The position numbers were made by a program, and so were the translations under genes. Positions 30,465 to 40,544 of a stretch of DNA of 64,000 nt are shown here, piece after piece. The stretch is from NCBI GenBank assembly GCA_965219575.1, contig OZ244779.1, positions 2,305,098 through 2,369,097 of the forward strand. Direction: 5' to 3'. The DNA is from Candidatus Oxydemutatoraceae bacterium. Lineage in GTDB: Bacteria; Pseudomonadota; Gammaproteobacteria; Poriferisulfidales; Oxydemutatoraceae. Under the pieces are notes generated by a model. The model ran no database searches, was not told where the DNA came from, and saw only the letters and a program-made list of their open reading frames with translations. The stretch's first letter is position 1. Each line of letters begins with the position of its first letter.

Positions 30465-31217
30465 ATGTCGAAAAAAACATCTCTCATAGAATCTGATCCA
30501 ATTCCAAGTCGTCTTCAAATTATTCAGAAATACAACTCGTTTATCGAGACAATCGATGAGAGAGCGTCTTCTGATAATCAATCAAGAGCATATGGAGGTT
30601 TGATTCGTTCAGAGAAAGGAAAACTTTTGGAATACATTGTTAGACAGCTTATTAGAATCGCATGGCATGAACTTGACCAAGAAAAAAATAGACTGTCAAT
30701 TCATAAAGTGAAGACATACAAAATGCGAGTGAAGCCTGAATATGTTCAACAACTAGAAGATCTGGAAGTTAAGAATTATATTCTCAGCAATATAAAGGAG
30801 TACTCCTACCGTGCGCATGTAGATGTCCATGTATTTGTCGACGACAAATTCATTTTAGGAATTGAATGCAAGTCTTACACTGAAAATGCTATGCTTAAGC
30901 GAATATTGGTAGATTTCATGCTATTAAAGCAAATTCATCCTAATCTTAACTGCTGCCTAATTCAACTGGAAAGTCAGCTGGGAGGCGATTACTCGAGTCC
31001 CAAGTCATTGGTTCAATACGGAAGTCCTACCACACATACATTAATGTCATTTTTTGAAAATGTCCACCTCCACATCATTACGATCCTTGAAGGAGAAAGA
31101 AACATCAATAAACCAATTCATAAAAAGGAATATATAAAAAGGCTTGATAACGATCTTCTCAATCAAGCAATCGAAAAACTAAAACAGCTGTTAAAAGATA
31201 ATATTAGAGACCAGTAA
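30465..31217 (+). CDS. Type II restriction endonuclease, DdeI-like (CTNAG predicted)
   Basis: RAYGG.IR..KGK, VD.HVF.D.KF.LGIECK.YTENAMLKRILVDF and QLESQLGGDYS blocks match my recollection of R.DdeI; adjacent to an MTase. Confidence 0.8.
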   Translation: MSKKTSLIESDPIPSRLQIIQKYNSFIETIDERASSDNQSRAYGGLIRSEKGKLLEYIVRQLIRIAWHELDQEKNRLSIHKVKTYKMRVKPEYVQQLEDLEVKNYILSNIKEYSYRAHVDVHVFVDDKFILGIECKSYTENAMLKRILVDFMLLKQIHPNLNCCLIQLESQLGGDYSSPKSLVQYGSPTTHTLMSFFENVHLHIITILEGERNINKPIHKKEYIKRLDNDLLNQAIEKLKQLLKDNIRDQ

Positions 31218-31322
31218 CCAGTTTGCCAAAATCTGCTTTGCCGACTTCATTAAAACTGTTGCAGGTTTATTTAAGCGAAGTGCCGTATCAATCTTTTTTA
31301 TAATTCCCCCAAAAATACACGC

Positions 31323-32846
31323 TTATACACGCAATAATTTATCCAGAGTTCTGTACGCAATCGCCTCCAGCAAGTGGGGTTCTTCTATTGCTTCGCTAGT
31401 CGTTAGATCGGCAATCGTTCTGGCGACCCTCAGAATCCGGTAATACGCGCGGGCCGATAATTCCATTTTATCTATAAAACGCGTCAATAATTTTTGTTCC
31501 GCTTGCTTGAGCTTGCAGAAATGGTCTATCTCTTTACCTTCCAATAGCGCATTGTTCTTGCCTTGCCTCTGTAATTGCCTTTGCCAAGCCGATAATACAC
31601 GCGCCTGTATCACCGCACTGGTTTCACCGCGTGATGTGATCCGATTCAGCTTGCTCCATTGGATACGCGGCACGCGTATATGTAAATCTATACGATCCAA
31701 CATAGGAGACGAAAGTCTACGATAATAATGTATGAGCCGCTGCTCGCTACAGTTGCAGCGACCGTATTCATCTACATCGGAGCCGTCGGGGCAAGGGTTC
31801 ATTGCTGCGATGAGTTGAAAACGAGCGGGATATGTTACGCTTAAAGATGCACGGGCCAGGTTGATTGTACCGGTCTCTATAGGTTCGCGTAAGCCGTCTA
31901 TGGCTTGACGACTGAACTCGGTCAACTCGTCCAAAAAAAGAACTCCGTTGTGTGCTTTGGATATTTCGCCCGGTTTGGGATGCGTGCCGCCACCGAGCAA
32001 AGCAGCTGCCGACGCGCTGTGATGCGGCGAGCGAAACGGTCGGAGATAAAAATTATTCGGTGTTAATGCCTCTGCCCCCAACGACATAATGGATGCGGTT
32101 TCTATTGCTTCATTTTTGTTCATCAACGGCAAAATAGTCGGGAAACGTTGCGCCAACATCGTCTTGCCACTACCGGGAGACCCCATCATCAAGCAGTGAT
32201 GACGACCGCTCGCAGCAATTTCCAATGCCCGTACGGCGTGACCTTGTGCGCGCACTTCGGACATATCACCGACATCAACTATCGTTGTGGCTTCCTTCAA
32301 AGGCGATACCGGTTTCGGTTCATTGAGTTCGCTCAACCAGCGATACACTTCGATTAAATGCTCGGCACAATAGATTTGAGCCTGCGGCTGCGCGGATAAA
32401 ATCAAGCCTGCTTCTCTTTCATTGGCATGAGAGATAACCAATCGTCGCTTTGCTTTGATGGCAGCGAGGATGATCGGAATAACACCTTTTACCGATAGCA
32501 GTTCACCGCTTAAACTGAGTTCGGATAAAAACTCGTAGCCGACTAGTTTCTCATGCGCTAACTGACCGCTCGCAGCCAATATGCCCAGCGCGATAGGCAG
32601 ATCGAAACGCCCACCCTCTTTGGGTAAATCGGCCGGAGACAAATTAACCGTGACCCGTTGCTGAGGAAATTTGAATTGATTATGCGACAGTGCGGCACGA
32701 ACCCGATACTGGCTTTCTTTAACCACCGTTTCGGGTAAGCCTACGATATGCATGCGCGGAAGTCCCGAAGCGATGAATACTTCTACCTTCACCGCGATCG
32801 CTTCAATTCCGCTACAGGTTCTGCTATGTACGATTGCAAGGCGCAT
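31323..32846 (-). CDS. comM: ComM/YifB Mg-chelatase-like AAA+ ATPase
   Basis: IVGLP..VKES..RV, NLSPADLPKEG.RFDLPIA, GSPGSGKT, PFRSPHH, AHNGVLFLDE and RVARTIADL. ATG 32846 has a GGAG RBS. Confidence 0.95.
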   Translation of the reverse strand: MRLAIVHSRTCSGIEAIAVKVEVFIASGLPRMHIVGLPETVVKESQYRVRAALSHNQFKFPQQRVTVNLSPADLPKEGGRFDLPIALGILAASGQLAHEKLVGYEFLSELSLSGELLSVKGVIPIILAAIKAKRRLVISHANEREAGLILSAQPQAQIYCAEHLIEVYRWLSELNEPKPVSPLKEATTIVDVGDMSEVRAQGHAVRALEIAASGRHHCLMMGSPGSGKTMLAQRFPTILPLMNKNEAIETASIMSLGAEALTPNNFYLRPFRSPHHSASAAALLGGGTHPKPGEISKAHNGVLFLDELTEFSRQAIDGLREPIETGTINLARASLSVTYPARFQLIAAMNPCPDGSDVDEYGRCNCSEQRLIHYYRRLSSPMLDRIDLHIRVPRIQWSKLNRITSRGETSAVIQARVLSAWQRQLQRQGKNNALLEGKEIDHFCKLKQAEQKLLTRFIDKMELSARAYYRILRVARTIADLTTSEAIEEPHLLEAIAYRTLDKLLRV

Positions 32847-32982
32847 CAAATTATTCTCCATCAATGCACTAGAATAATTTGAAGTCACGGCAATGGCCGT
32901 TATTTCCGATAAAATCGCCCGATTAACCGACGAACGACAAAACAACGATGTAAATTATAAAATTTAGGGGCACCCATCATAA

Positions 32983-33063
32983 TTGCCGATTGACCTACTG
33001 GCTCAATCGGCGGCTCTATATTGCCGATTGACCCGTCGGGCGGACATGCCAGTCCACCCCTAC
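32983..33063. repeat. Family C palindrome (reverse orientation) plus REP
   Basis: ttgccgattgacctactggctcaatcgcggctctat, then gggcggacatgccagtccacccctac. Confidence 0.8.
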
Positions 33064-33113
33064 GTAGGTAAACATAAATTGGGTTGGTAAATATTATATG
33101 ATGCTTGACGACA

Positions 33114-33347
33114 CTACCGTTCGGCTTCGGCAATCCGTTTTTCTAAGTCTTCAACTTGTTTGAGTAAGCGATGCAGCAACGCAACTTGCGCGTCGTATTC
33201 TTCACGACTGACTAGATTCATCTTTTTGATCAGTGCTTCCAACCCCAGCCGTATGCCCTGCTCTACTTCTTTGCGTGCATCGCCGACGAAAGGTGGCAAA
33301 CCTTTTATAATCTCCTGCACCAGTTGATTGATCTCTTCCTTTTTCAT
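33114..33347 (-). CDS. ubiK: Ubiquinone biosynthesis accessory factor UbiK (YqiC/BMFP)
   Basis: KMNLVSREEYDAQ..LL......LE.RI..E motif; conserved position upstream of comM. Confidence 0.88.
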   Translation of the reverse strand: MKKEEINQLVQEIIKGLPPFVGDARKEVEQGIRLGLEALIKKMNLVSREEYDAQVALLHRLLKQVEDLEKRIAEAER

Positions 33348-33392
33348 GGATTATCGTGGTTATTTATTTTGCGTATAGCTTGCCGGGTCTAA

Positions 33393-34484
33393 TCAATGCC
33401 GAGTGCTCGAAAAATCAATCATTCTTTGGGTTGAGCGCAACGCTTTGCGACGTATTGTCTCGGGAACTTTGACCTCATTATCAAGTTTATCCAGGGTTTG
33501 TTCTAGATTATCCAATCCGTTCATCGCCATCCACGGACAGTGTGCGCAGCTTTTGCAGGTTGCGCCTTCCCCTGCGGTTGGGGCTTCGATAAATTCTTTA
33601 TTTTTCGCAAGTTGTCTCATCTTATAGAAAATGCGGTTGTCGGTTGCAACGATAAAACGCTTATTCGGCAATTCCACGGCAGCCTTGATCAACGCACTGG
33701 TAGAACCGACCGCATCGGCTATGTCGATCACCGCCTCGGGAGATTCCGGATGCACAAGTACCGCAGCGTCGGGATAACGCGCTTTTAACTCTAATACACC
33801 GCTATACTTAAACTCCTCATGCACCACGCAGCTACCTTGCCACAACAACATGTCGGCACCGCTTACCTTTTCGATATAACGACCTAAATACCTATCGGGT
33901 GCCCAAATAATTTTCTCGTCCCGATCCATTAAATGAGAGATAATCTGCACTGCGTTGCTGGAGGTGACCACCCAATCGGCAAGTGCCTTGACCTCGGCGC
34001 TCGTGTTCGCATAAACAACGACTACCCGCTCCGGATGTTGCTTACAAAACGACGCGAATTGATCGGCAGGGCAACTCAAATCCAACGAACAAGTGGCTTC
34101 AAGCGTAGGCATCAACACTCGTTTTTCGGGGTTGAGAATCTTTGCGGTTTCACCCATGAAACGGACACCCGCAACAACCAAGGTTTGGGATTCGGTATTT
34201 TGACCGAATTTTGCCATCTCCAAAGAATCTCCGACAAAACCACCCGTTTTCTCGGCCAATTCCTGTATGTCTTCGTGTACGTAATAATGGGCAATCAAAG
34301 TCGCATTTAGCTTGCGAAGTTTCTCGGCGATATATACGAGTCTCAATTCCCGTTCGCGACCGTGATATTCGGGTACGAGCGTACATACATCGGCGGTTAT
34401 CGGGGCTTTAACCGCAACCGCTTCGGGCATATACCGTATTGTTTGTGATTCAGCAGAAATCATAATTTCGTATTTCCATGGCAA
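33393..34484 (-). CDS. nadA: Quinolinate synthase A
   Basis: [43 protein letters not shown] and CAHCPWM motifs. Start may be a downstream Met. Confidence 0.97.
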   Translation of the reverse strand: MPWKYEIMISAESQTIRYMPEAVAVKAPITADVCTLVPEYHGRERELRLVYIAEKLRKLNATLIAHYYVHEDIQELAEKTGGFVGDSLEMAKFGQNTESQTLVVAGVRFMGETAKILNPEKRVLMPTLEATCSLDLSCPADQFASFCKQHPERVVVVYANTSAEVKALADWVVTSSNAVQIISHLMDRDEKIIWAPDRYLGRYIEKVSGADMLLWQGSCVVHEEFKYSGVLELKARYPDAAVLVHPESPEAVIDIADAVGSTSALIKAAVELPNKRFIVATDNRIFYKMRQLAKNKEFIEAPTAGEGATCKSCAHCPWMAMNGLDNLEQTLDKLDNEVKVPETIRRKALRSTQRMIDFSSTRH

Positions 34485-34542
34485 TTAGTTATCGGGGGAT
34501 CGTTGTACATAATAACATATCATGGTGCAGAGATACACAGAA

Positions 34543-35055
34543 CTAACCGGCACGACCGGTTGTGCGCAAAGGAATAGCTCTTTGAGTTACGGTCTGCTCT
34601 TTGCCCGATAATGCCTGCCATTCGAGTTTTATCAAAAAATACCGTCCCGAACGATTGATAGTCAATTTTCCTTGAGGAAACAGCGGCTTTGTGATACCGA
34701 ACCGCCGACACTGTGCGGATTTTATTGCCGTCTTGCAGCCCCATAAAGCCAACTGAAAGCCGGCGAACTCCCGAGGGTTGCATGTCTTCGAGAAACAGTC
34801 AGAAGCACCGACACCGGAATTACCGCTACTTAGATAGTATTCGGCGTGCGGACTGGCGTATAGCACTGCGGAAATTTCGTCCAACAACAGGCGCGCTTGT
34901 AATAAGCGTATCAGTTCTCTCTCGGTGGACAAATTTTTCTGTTGTAACTGCGCAAATCCCAATAATGCGATAACCGAGATCGCCAAGGCAAGCAAAAGTT
35001 CTATCAAGCTAAACCCCGAGCATGCGAACCGACGATGAGAACGAGAGTATCGCAT
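34543..35055 (-). CDS. pilV: Type IV pilus modification protein, PilV-like
   Basis: Prepilin site GFSLIELLLAL...LLG...LQ and a C....C.P...A...L..W motif. Confidence 0.75.
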   Translation of the reverse strand: MRYSRSHRRFACSGFSLIELLLALAISVIALLGFAQLQQKNLSTERELIRLLQARLLLDEISAVLYASPHAEYYLSSGNSGVGASDCFSKTCNPREFAGFQLALWGCKTAIKSAQCRRFGITKPLFPQGKLTINRSGRYFLIKLEWQALSGKEQTVTQRAIPLRTTGRAG

Positions 35056-35058
35056 CGT

Positions 35059-35613
35059 TCAAGACGAGCAGTCGCCGACATCGGGCGGCAGACCATCGTT
35101 TTGATATTGCACCAAACGCACTCTGCCGCTTTGACTGATGACAAGCTCCGAAATCGCTTGCGTTGACGACCCCGAACAAAGGATAAAACGTCCGTTGTAA
35201 TTCGCTTTGCCGAAACGATTATAAGTAATGAACCGTGAAAAAGTTTTCGAGCGTATGACAATGTCTCGGGTGTCGCCTTGTTGCACCATCAGGAGACGCT
35301 CATTGCGATCCAATTTTCCATTGACAGAATCGGGATGCTCGATAAAAACAAGCCAGCCTTTTTCGTAAGATATCCCCGAACAACGCGCACCATCCTCACT
35401 ACTGCAAATCGTAGTCGCACTGCCGCTGACCGTCGCATAGCTACGCGCAAACTCTAAGGCTTCCCAAAACCGATGCGTATAATGCATGAATCTATTCTGC
35501 TTAACCCAGTAAGCAGGCAATGCTAAAACCGAGACCAACAACAAACCGCTAATCGCCAGTGTAAGCAACAACTCGATCAATGTGAAACCCGCAGTCGTAT
35601 TTTTCCTATCCAT
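35059..35613 (-). CDS. fimT: GspH/FimT family minor pseudopilin
   Basis: GFTLIELLLTL, L.FARS.A, ICSS.DG..C, GWLVF and ISQSGRVR motifs. Confidence 0.8.
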   Translation of the reverse strand: MDRKNTTAGFTLIELLLTLAISGLLLVSVLALPAYWVKQNRFMHYTHRFWEALEFARSYATVSGSATTICSSEDGARCSGISYEKGWLVFIEHPDSVNGKLDRNERLLMVQQGDTRDIVIRSKTFSRFITYNRFGKANYNGRFILCSGSSTQAISELVISQSGRVRLVQYQNDGLPPDVGDCSS

Positions 35614-35717
35614 GTTGCCATATTAGACAACGCGGATAGACAAAAAAAATTTATCCGACCAACAAGCCTAAATAAGCGATAAACAAGATTGGAAGCAAAT
35701 TGCTAGGAATACTATCA

Positions 35718-35900
35718 CTGTACTTGTGCAGAATGCGCGGCAACCACCCCGTCAGGCTAACGCCTGCCACCCCTCCACAGGAGGGGAATGTACCGATACT
35801 GTACCTTGTGCAGAATGCGCGGCAACCACCCCGTCAGGCTAACGCCTGCCGCCATAAGGGCAGACATGCCAGTCCGCCCCTACAAGGAGGGGAATGTACC
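35718..35900 (+). repeat. Two tandem family B units; the second has a REP inserted in its terminal hairpin
   Basis: (ctgtac.ttgtgcagaatgcgcggcaaccaccccgtcaggctaacgcctgcc) x2; the second continues gccataagggcagacatgccagtccgcccctacaaggaggggaat. Confidence 0.9.
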
Positions 35901-35905
35901 ATTAG

Positions 35906-36946
35906 TTATTTAACTTCAATTTTTCCCGAGTCTAGATTACTCAAGATGCCGATGGGGGCTGCTCGTTCAAAACCTTTTGCAAAGAATAAGTTCATTACTT
36001 TCGGTATAGCCGCCGGTGCGCAAGCAATGAGTAGACCGCCGTTGGTTTGAGGATCGCTTAGCAGGGTTTTGATTTTTTTTGCTTTAGCCGATAAATCTAC
36101 ATCACGACGGCAATGTTCCCAGTTACGAGTGCCTGCTCCGGTGCTAACACCGTTCGCTGCCAAATCTACGGCTTGTTCAATCAACGGGATATTATTGATA
36201 ATGATTGAGGCTCGCAGTTTTGACGCTCGGCACATCTCCAGTAAATGGCATAATAATCCGAACCCGGTGACATCGGTCATCGCATGCACCGACCTTAGCT
36301 TTGCGAGTTCGACACCTACATCGTTCAGTTGGCTTGCATGCTTTATCAAGGTTTTGTAGCCTGCTTGATCGAGTTTGTTTTGTTTATAAGCAGCTGCCAA
36401 TACGCCGATGCCCAGCGGCTTGCTCAATAGCAAGACGTCGCCGGATCGTGCCGTGTTGTTCCGCTTAATATGACTAGAATGCACCAAACCACAAACCGAG
36501 AGACCGTAGAAAGGTTCCCGACAGTCTATAGAGTGTCCGCCGGCCACCGCAACACCGGCATGATTACAGCTTGCACTACCACCCTCTAATATTTGTGCTA
36601 TCACCTCCGTTGCCACTTTATCGGTCGGCATACCGAGTATGTTTAATGCCAAAAACGGTTTTCCACCCATCGCATAAACATCGGACAATGCATTGGCAGC
36701 GGCAATGCAACCGAAATCAAAAGGATTGTCTACCAGAGGTGCAAAGAAATCGGTTGTCGCAATCAATGCTTGTTTGGAATTAAGTTCATAGAGGGCTGCG
36801 TCGTCGAGAGTATTGCGACCCGAAATGAGTTGCGAGTCGGATAAGGCAGGGATATTTTCCAGCAATTTCCCGAGTATATCCGGGGAAATTTTGCATCCAC
36901 ATCCGCCGCCGTGAGATAATGCGGTTAATTTGAAGTTTTGAGTCAT
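35906..36946 (-). CDS. selD: Selenophosphate synthetase (Cys form)
   Basis: SHGGGCGCKI, DDAA, TTDFF, AANALSDVYAMGG, GGHSI, TDVTGFGL and DPQT.GGLL motifs. Confidence 0.97.
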   Translation of the reverse strand: MTQNFKLTALSHGGGCGCKISPDILGKLLENIPALSDSQLISGRNTLDDAALYELNSKQALIATTDFFAPLVDNPFDFGCIAAANALSDVYAMGGKPFLALNILGMPTDKVATEVIAQILEGGSASCNHAGVAVAGGHSIDCREPFYGLSVCGLVHSSHIKRNNTARSGDVLLLSKPLGIGVLAAAYKQNKLDQAGYKTLIKHASQLNDVGVELAKLRSVHAMTDVTGFGLLCHLLEMCRASKLRASIIINNIPLIEQAVDLAANGVSTGAGTRNWEHCRRDVDLSAKAKKIKTLLSDPQTNGGLLIACAPAAIPKVMNLFFAKGFERAAPIGILSNLDSGKIEVK

Positions 36947-37997
36947 GTTTAAGCTAGCAGAAAATTGGACCTTAGATCATCTTGTGCGTTTTGACGACAT
37001 CTTAGATGTGCGCTCACCTGCAGAGTACGAACTCGACCATATGCCTCAAGCACTTAATTTTCCGGTGCTGGACGATGAAGAACGTTCACGCATAGGCACA
37101 TTATATAAAAAAGTCTCCGGTTTTGAGGCTAAAAAGCGAGGTGCCGCTTTGGTGGCATCGCATATCGCATCGCACATAGAAAAGCATCTTGCCGACAAAG
37201 CCGAGAGCTGGCAACCTTTAGTGTATTGTTGGCGCGGTGGCACCCGTAGCGCAGCGATGGTTCAAGTCCTAAACGACATAGGCTGGCAAGCGCAACAGCT
37301 ACCCGGTGGCTACAAAGCGTATCGGCGTAGGGTGATAGAAACATCCGCCGAACTTGCTCCTCGATTACGCTTTATAGTATTATGCGGAAAAACGGGTGTC
37401 GGCAAAACACGATTGCTAGAGGCTTTGCGTAAGCATGGAAAACAAGTACTGGACTTGGAAAAAATCGCAAACCACAAAGGTTCGGTACTCGGTGAACCAA
37501 CGGAGGGAGAACAACCCTCGCAGAAAGGTTTTGAAAGCACGTTGTGTCATACGATAAGGGCCTTAGACCTTGAGCAAGCCGTTTATGTGGAAGCAGAGAG
37601 TCCTAAGATTGGGCGCATCCAAATTCCGACGGTTCTACTCGATGCGATGCACTGCGGCCGATGTCTACATATAGAAGCGACACGCTCTGCACGGGTGGCT
37701 TTTCTATGCGAGGAGTACCAGCATTTTCTGCAAGATCCGGAATTATTCGAATCGGCAATATCACGATTGACGGTTCATGTGGGCAAGAAAAAAATAGCGC
37801 ATTGGTTGTCCTTACATAAAGCAAAAAAAATGACAGCATTAGTAGAAGACTTGCTGGTCTCGCATTACGACCCTTTTTATACACGTTCTACGAATAAACA
37901 TTTTAAGCATTATCAGAATACCGGTACTACGATACAGCTCAACGACATAGACGAAGAGAACCTCAACAAAGCTGTTACCGATATTGAACAAATATAG
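36945..37997 (+). CDS. mnmH: tRNA 2-selenouridine synthase (SelU/MnmH)
   Basis: DVRSPAEY, rhodanese YCWRGG.RS, GGYKAYR, P-loop GKTGVGKT, DLE..ANHKGS, QPSQK.FE, EAES..IG and HYDP.Y motifs. Confidence 0.96.
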   Translation: MFKLAENWTLDHLVRFDDILDVRSPAEYELDHMPQALNFPVLDDEERSRIGTLYKKVSGFEAKKRGAALVASHIASHIEKHLADKAESWQPLVYCWRGGTRSAAMVQVLNDIGWQAQQLPGGYKAYRRRVIETSAELAPRLRFIVLCGKTGVGKTRLLEALRKHGKQVLDLEKIANHKGSVLGEPTEGEQPSQKGFESTLCHTIRALDLEQAVYVEAESPKIGRIQIPTVLLDAMHCGRCLHIEATRSARVAFLCEEYQHFLQDPELFESAISRLTVHVGKKKIAHWLSLHKAKKMTALVEDLLVSHYDPFYTRSTNKHFKHYQNTGTTIQLNDIDEENLNKAVTDIEQI

Positions 37998-38068
37998 GTT
38001 GCAGATATAGTAAAATAATTTTAACTATTTAATATATCTTTAATTCCTAAAATTAAAAAATATAAGTA

Positions 38069-38986
38069 ATGTCTTATCCTCCTATTTATATCATCAACTT
38101 GAAGCGTACTCCGGAAAGGAAATTATCTATGCAAAGACGGCTTGATGCCTTTAATCTAAACTATAAATTTGTAGAGGCGATTGATAGATACGATTTAAGG
38201 TCTAAAGAGGATCGCTCAATCACTGCCTATCAACTGGGCATTGACACAAACAATATGGAAACCTTATACGATTATTGTAACGATTTCGGTGCTTTAGCTT
38301 GTTTGTTAAGCCATGTTAAAGTCTATAATTTAATCATAGAAAATAATATTCCATGTACTTGTGTGTTAGAAGATGATGCTTATCTATTACCTGCCTTTCC
38401 CAAGATATTAATAGCCGCGCAGCAGATATCCTGGGAGGTTTTAATGCTTTCTAGTCAATCAGTTTATGCTCGGAAAATATTATTGTCTCCCCCTTGCGGT
38501 TTCCCTAAATTAATATGCTATAAAAAATATTATCCTGCATTAAATCTCTTTACTGCTCCTATCATAGCCTTAAAATTCATAAAGTTTCTTATATTGAAAT
38601 TTATACTGCGACATAAGAATAGACTCTCAAAGCATAAATACATTAAAAAAAGAACTCTCTCAGAATCTCTACTGTGGTATGTGGCATGTGAAATAGGTGC
38701 GATACCTAATCAAGATAGACATTCATGGCATAAAGTCGCTCCTAATCACTACATTACTACACCGTCGTTACAACCAGATGTAACTTCAGGCATGGCTTAT
38801 ATGCTGACTCGATCGGCAGCAATTAAATGGAAACAGGCAATACTTTCTGATAGAACGCACGCTATAACGCATGCTATAGATCTTGTGCCTTATCAGTTGT
38901 ACAGAAAAAAAACCTTAAACCTTTATATTGTTACTCCACCCTGTGTTAAGGCTATATATCAGTATTTAGTAAATAGCAGTAATTGA
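38069..38986 (+). CDS. Glycosyltransferase family 25, copy 1
   Basis: IYIINL.R..ER, F.EAID, AC.LSH...Y and VLEDD motifs; AT-rich. Confidence 0.88.
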   Translation: MSYPPIYIINLKRTPERKLSMQRRLDAFNLNYKFVEAIDRYDLRSKEDRSITAYQLGIDTNNMETLYDYCNDFGALACLLSHVKVYNLIIENNIPCTCVLEDDAYLLPAFPKILIAAQQISWEVLMLSSQSVYARKILLSPPCGFPKLICYKKYYPALNLFTAPIIALKFIKFLILKFILRHKNRLSKHKYIKKRTLSESLLWYVACEIGAIPNQDRHSWHKVAPNHYITTPSLQPDVTSGMAYMLTRSAAIKWKQAILSDRTHAITHAIDLVPYQLYRKKTLNLYIVTPPCVKAIYQYLVNSSN

Positions 38987-39332
38987 GGCTGTCGGACTGG
39001 ATTTTGGTCCTCTTCTAAAAAGTAGACAAAACTAAGCTTCTATGTTTTTTCAGGCATAAACCGCCGTCGCTAAACACAAAAACTTTCCTCTGCCATTCCT
39101 TAAGATATATTAAACAACTTTTGACCTTCCCCAAAAAAACACAGCGCATTGGGTTATCAAGCCCCAAGTGTATTTGCGGAGGCTATAGCATGAAAACTAA
39201 CTTTGTAGATGGTAATAAAAATAGGAATTATATACTTAAATACATAACTGATTAATGAAAGCTATATAACTCAAGGGTTATTTAAGGTTTTATTTATTTT
39301 AATTTTGTGACACAATGATACATAAATAACCT

Positions 39333-40292
39333 ATGGAGATAAACATGAAAAGACGAGCTAAAACAATCGGCATACTAGAGTTGCAAAAGATGTTTTCCAC
39401 TGAATACAAAGCGAGTAAATGGTTTGAAGCTGTGCGTTGGAACGGCACCCCAGTATGTCCTAAATGCAATGCAGAGGATAACATAGTTAAGCGCAGAGAT
39501 AAGCAACACCAGCACGCTTATTGCTGTAATTCGTGTAGTCCACAATACACATTTACGGTCAAAACTGGGACGCTAATGCATGCTTCAAAATTGCCTTTAG
39601 CAAAATGGGCGATTGTTTGTTATTTAATTCTAACGGCGCGTAAAGGTGTATCGTCTTTACAGCTATCAAAGGAATTAAGCATTACTCAAAAGTCGGCTTG
39701 GTTTATGCTACAGCGTGTCCGTGAGGCATGCCAGCAAGGTGCTTTTAAGCTATCGGGTTCAGTGGAAATAGACGAAACCTATATTGGTGGTAAGGAAAGG
39801 AACAAGCACGAGAACAAGCAGTTGAAATCTGGCCGAGGTGTCGTTGGGAAATCTATCATACTCGGCATGCGCGAGAGATGCGGTAGAACTAAAGCGATGC
39901 CAGTTGCAAACACCAAGCAACCTACACTACACAGAGCAATAACTAGCAATGTAGAAATCGGTAGCCAATTATATACTGATGAACATTCAGGTTATTTGAG
40001 TGTCAGTGGTATGCTCTACAAACATGATACAGTCAATCATTTGGCGAAGGAATATGTCAATGGCATGACACATACCAACGGCATAGAAAGCGTATGGGCT
40101 TTGCTTAAGCGCGGATTAAGCGGAACTTATCATCATGTCAGCATAAAGCATTTGCCGAGATATGTAGATGAGTTTTCTTTTAGATTGAACAAAGGAAACT
40201 GTCAAGTAGATACCCTAGAGCGCATGGCAGCACTAGCTAAAGGCTTTTTGGGTAAGCGATTAAGTTATAAAGAACTCACCGACAGTAATTAA
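39333..40292 (+). CDS. IS1595 family (ISXO2-like) DDE transposase
   Basis: Zn ribbon CPKC...CNSC, GVSSLQL...L.ITQKSAW, VEIDETYIGG, YTDE, HTNGIES.W.LLKR and YVDEF.FR.N motifs. Confidence 0.95.
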   Translation: MEINMKRRAKTIGILELQKMFSTEYKASKWFEAVRWNGTPVCPKCNAEDNIVKRRDKQHQHAYCCNSCSPQYTFTVKTGTLMHASKLPLAKWAIVCYLILTARKGVSSLQLSKELSITQKSAWFMLQRVREACQQGAFKLSGSVEIDETYIGGKERNKHENKQLKSGRGVVGKSIILGMRERCGRTKAMPVANTKQPTLHRAITSNVEIGSQLYTDEHSGYLSVSGMLYKHDTVNHLAKEYVNGMTHTNGIESVWALLKRGLSGTYHHVSIKHLPRYVDEFSFRLNKGNCQVDTLERMAALAKGFLGKRLSYKELTDSN

Positions 40293-40385
40293 AGTGGATA
40301 GCTTGGAGCGGTTTCATAACACAGCTGCAATCGCCAACAAGTATGTTGCCAGCGTTGTCAAGTGAAGTAAGCGAAAGTTTAAGAA

Positions 40386-40544
40386 ATGAACCCTAAAGAT
40401 CATAAACCAATAAACGAAAGGGATTTTAAGGAAGCTATAAAAGAGGTGTTGCTAAAGCCTACCCCTAATCGCACAAAGTATCAGAACAAAAACCCCACAA
40501 ATAAGGAGCTAAATACTCGCTTTAAGCTAGAAAAGCGAGAGTGA
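40386..40544 (+). CDS. 52-aa basic passenger ORF inside IS1595
   Basis: MNPKDHKPINERDFKEAIKEVLLKPTPNRTKYQNKNPTNKELNTRFKLEKRE*, ending 1 bp before the right IR; below the track's length cutoff. Confidence 0.55.
   Translation: MNPKDHKPINERDFKEAIKEVLLKPTPNRTKYQNKNPTNKELNTRFKLEKRE

Noticed and set aside
35718-35900. Possible CRISPR array (repeat-spacer-like direct repeats)
   Set aside because: Only two units, the inter-repeat DNA is itself repeated, the same repeat is dispersed across the window, and there are no cas genes.
36880-36946. Selenocysteine (UGA) in SelD
   Set aside because: The active-site motif reads GGGCGCK with ordinary Cys codons and the frame is uninterrupted.
39007-39075. Possible additional IS3-type end (TGGTCCTCTTCTAAAAAGTAGACA; second copy near 42392)
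   Set aside because: It resembles an IS terminus, but there is no partner IR, target duplication or convincing ORF; too weak to call without a search.
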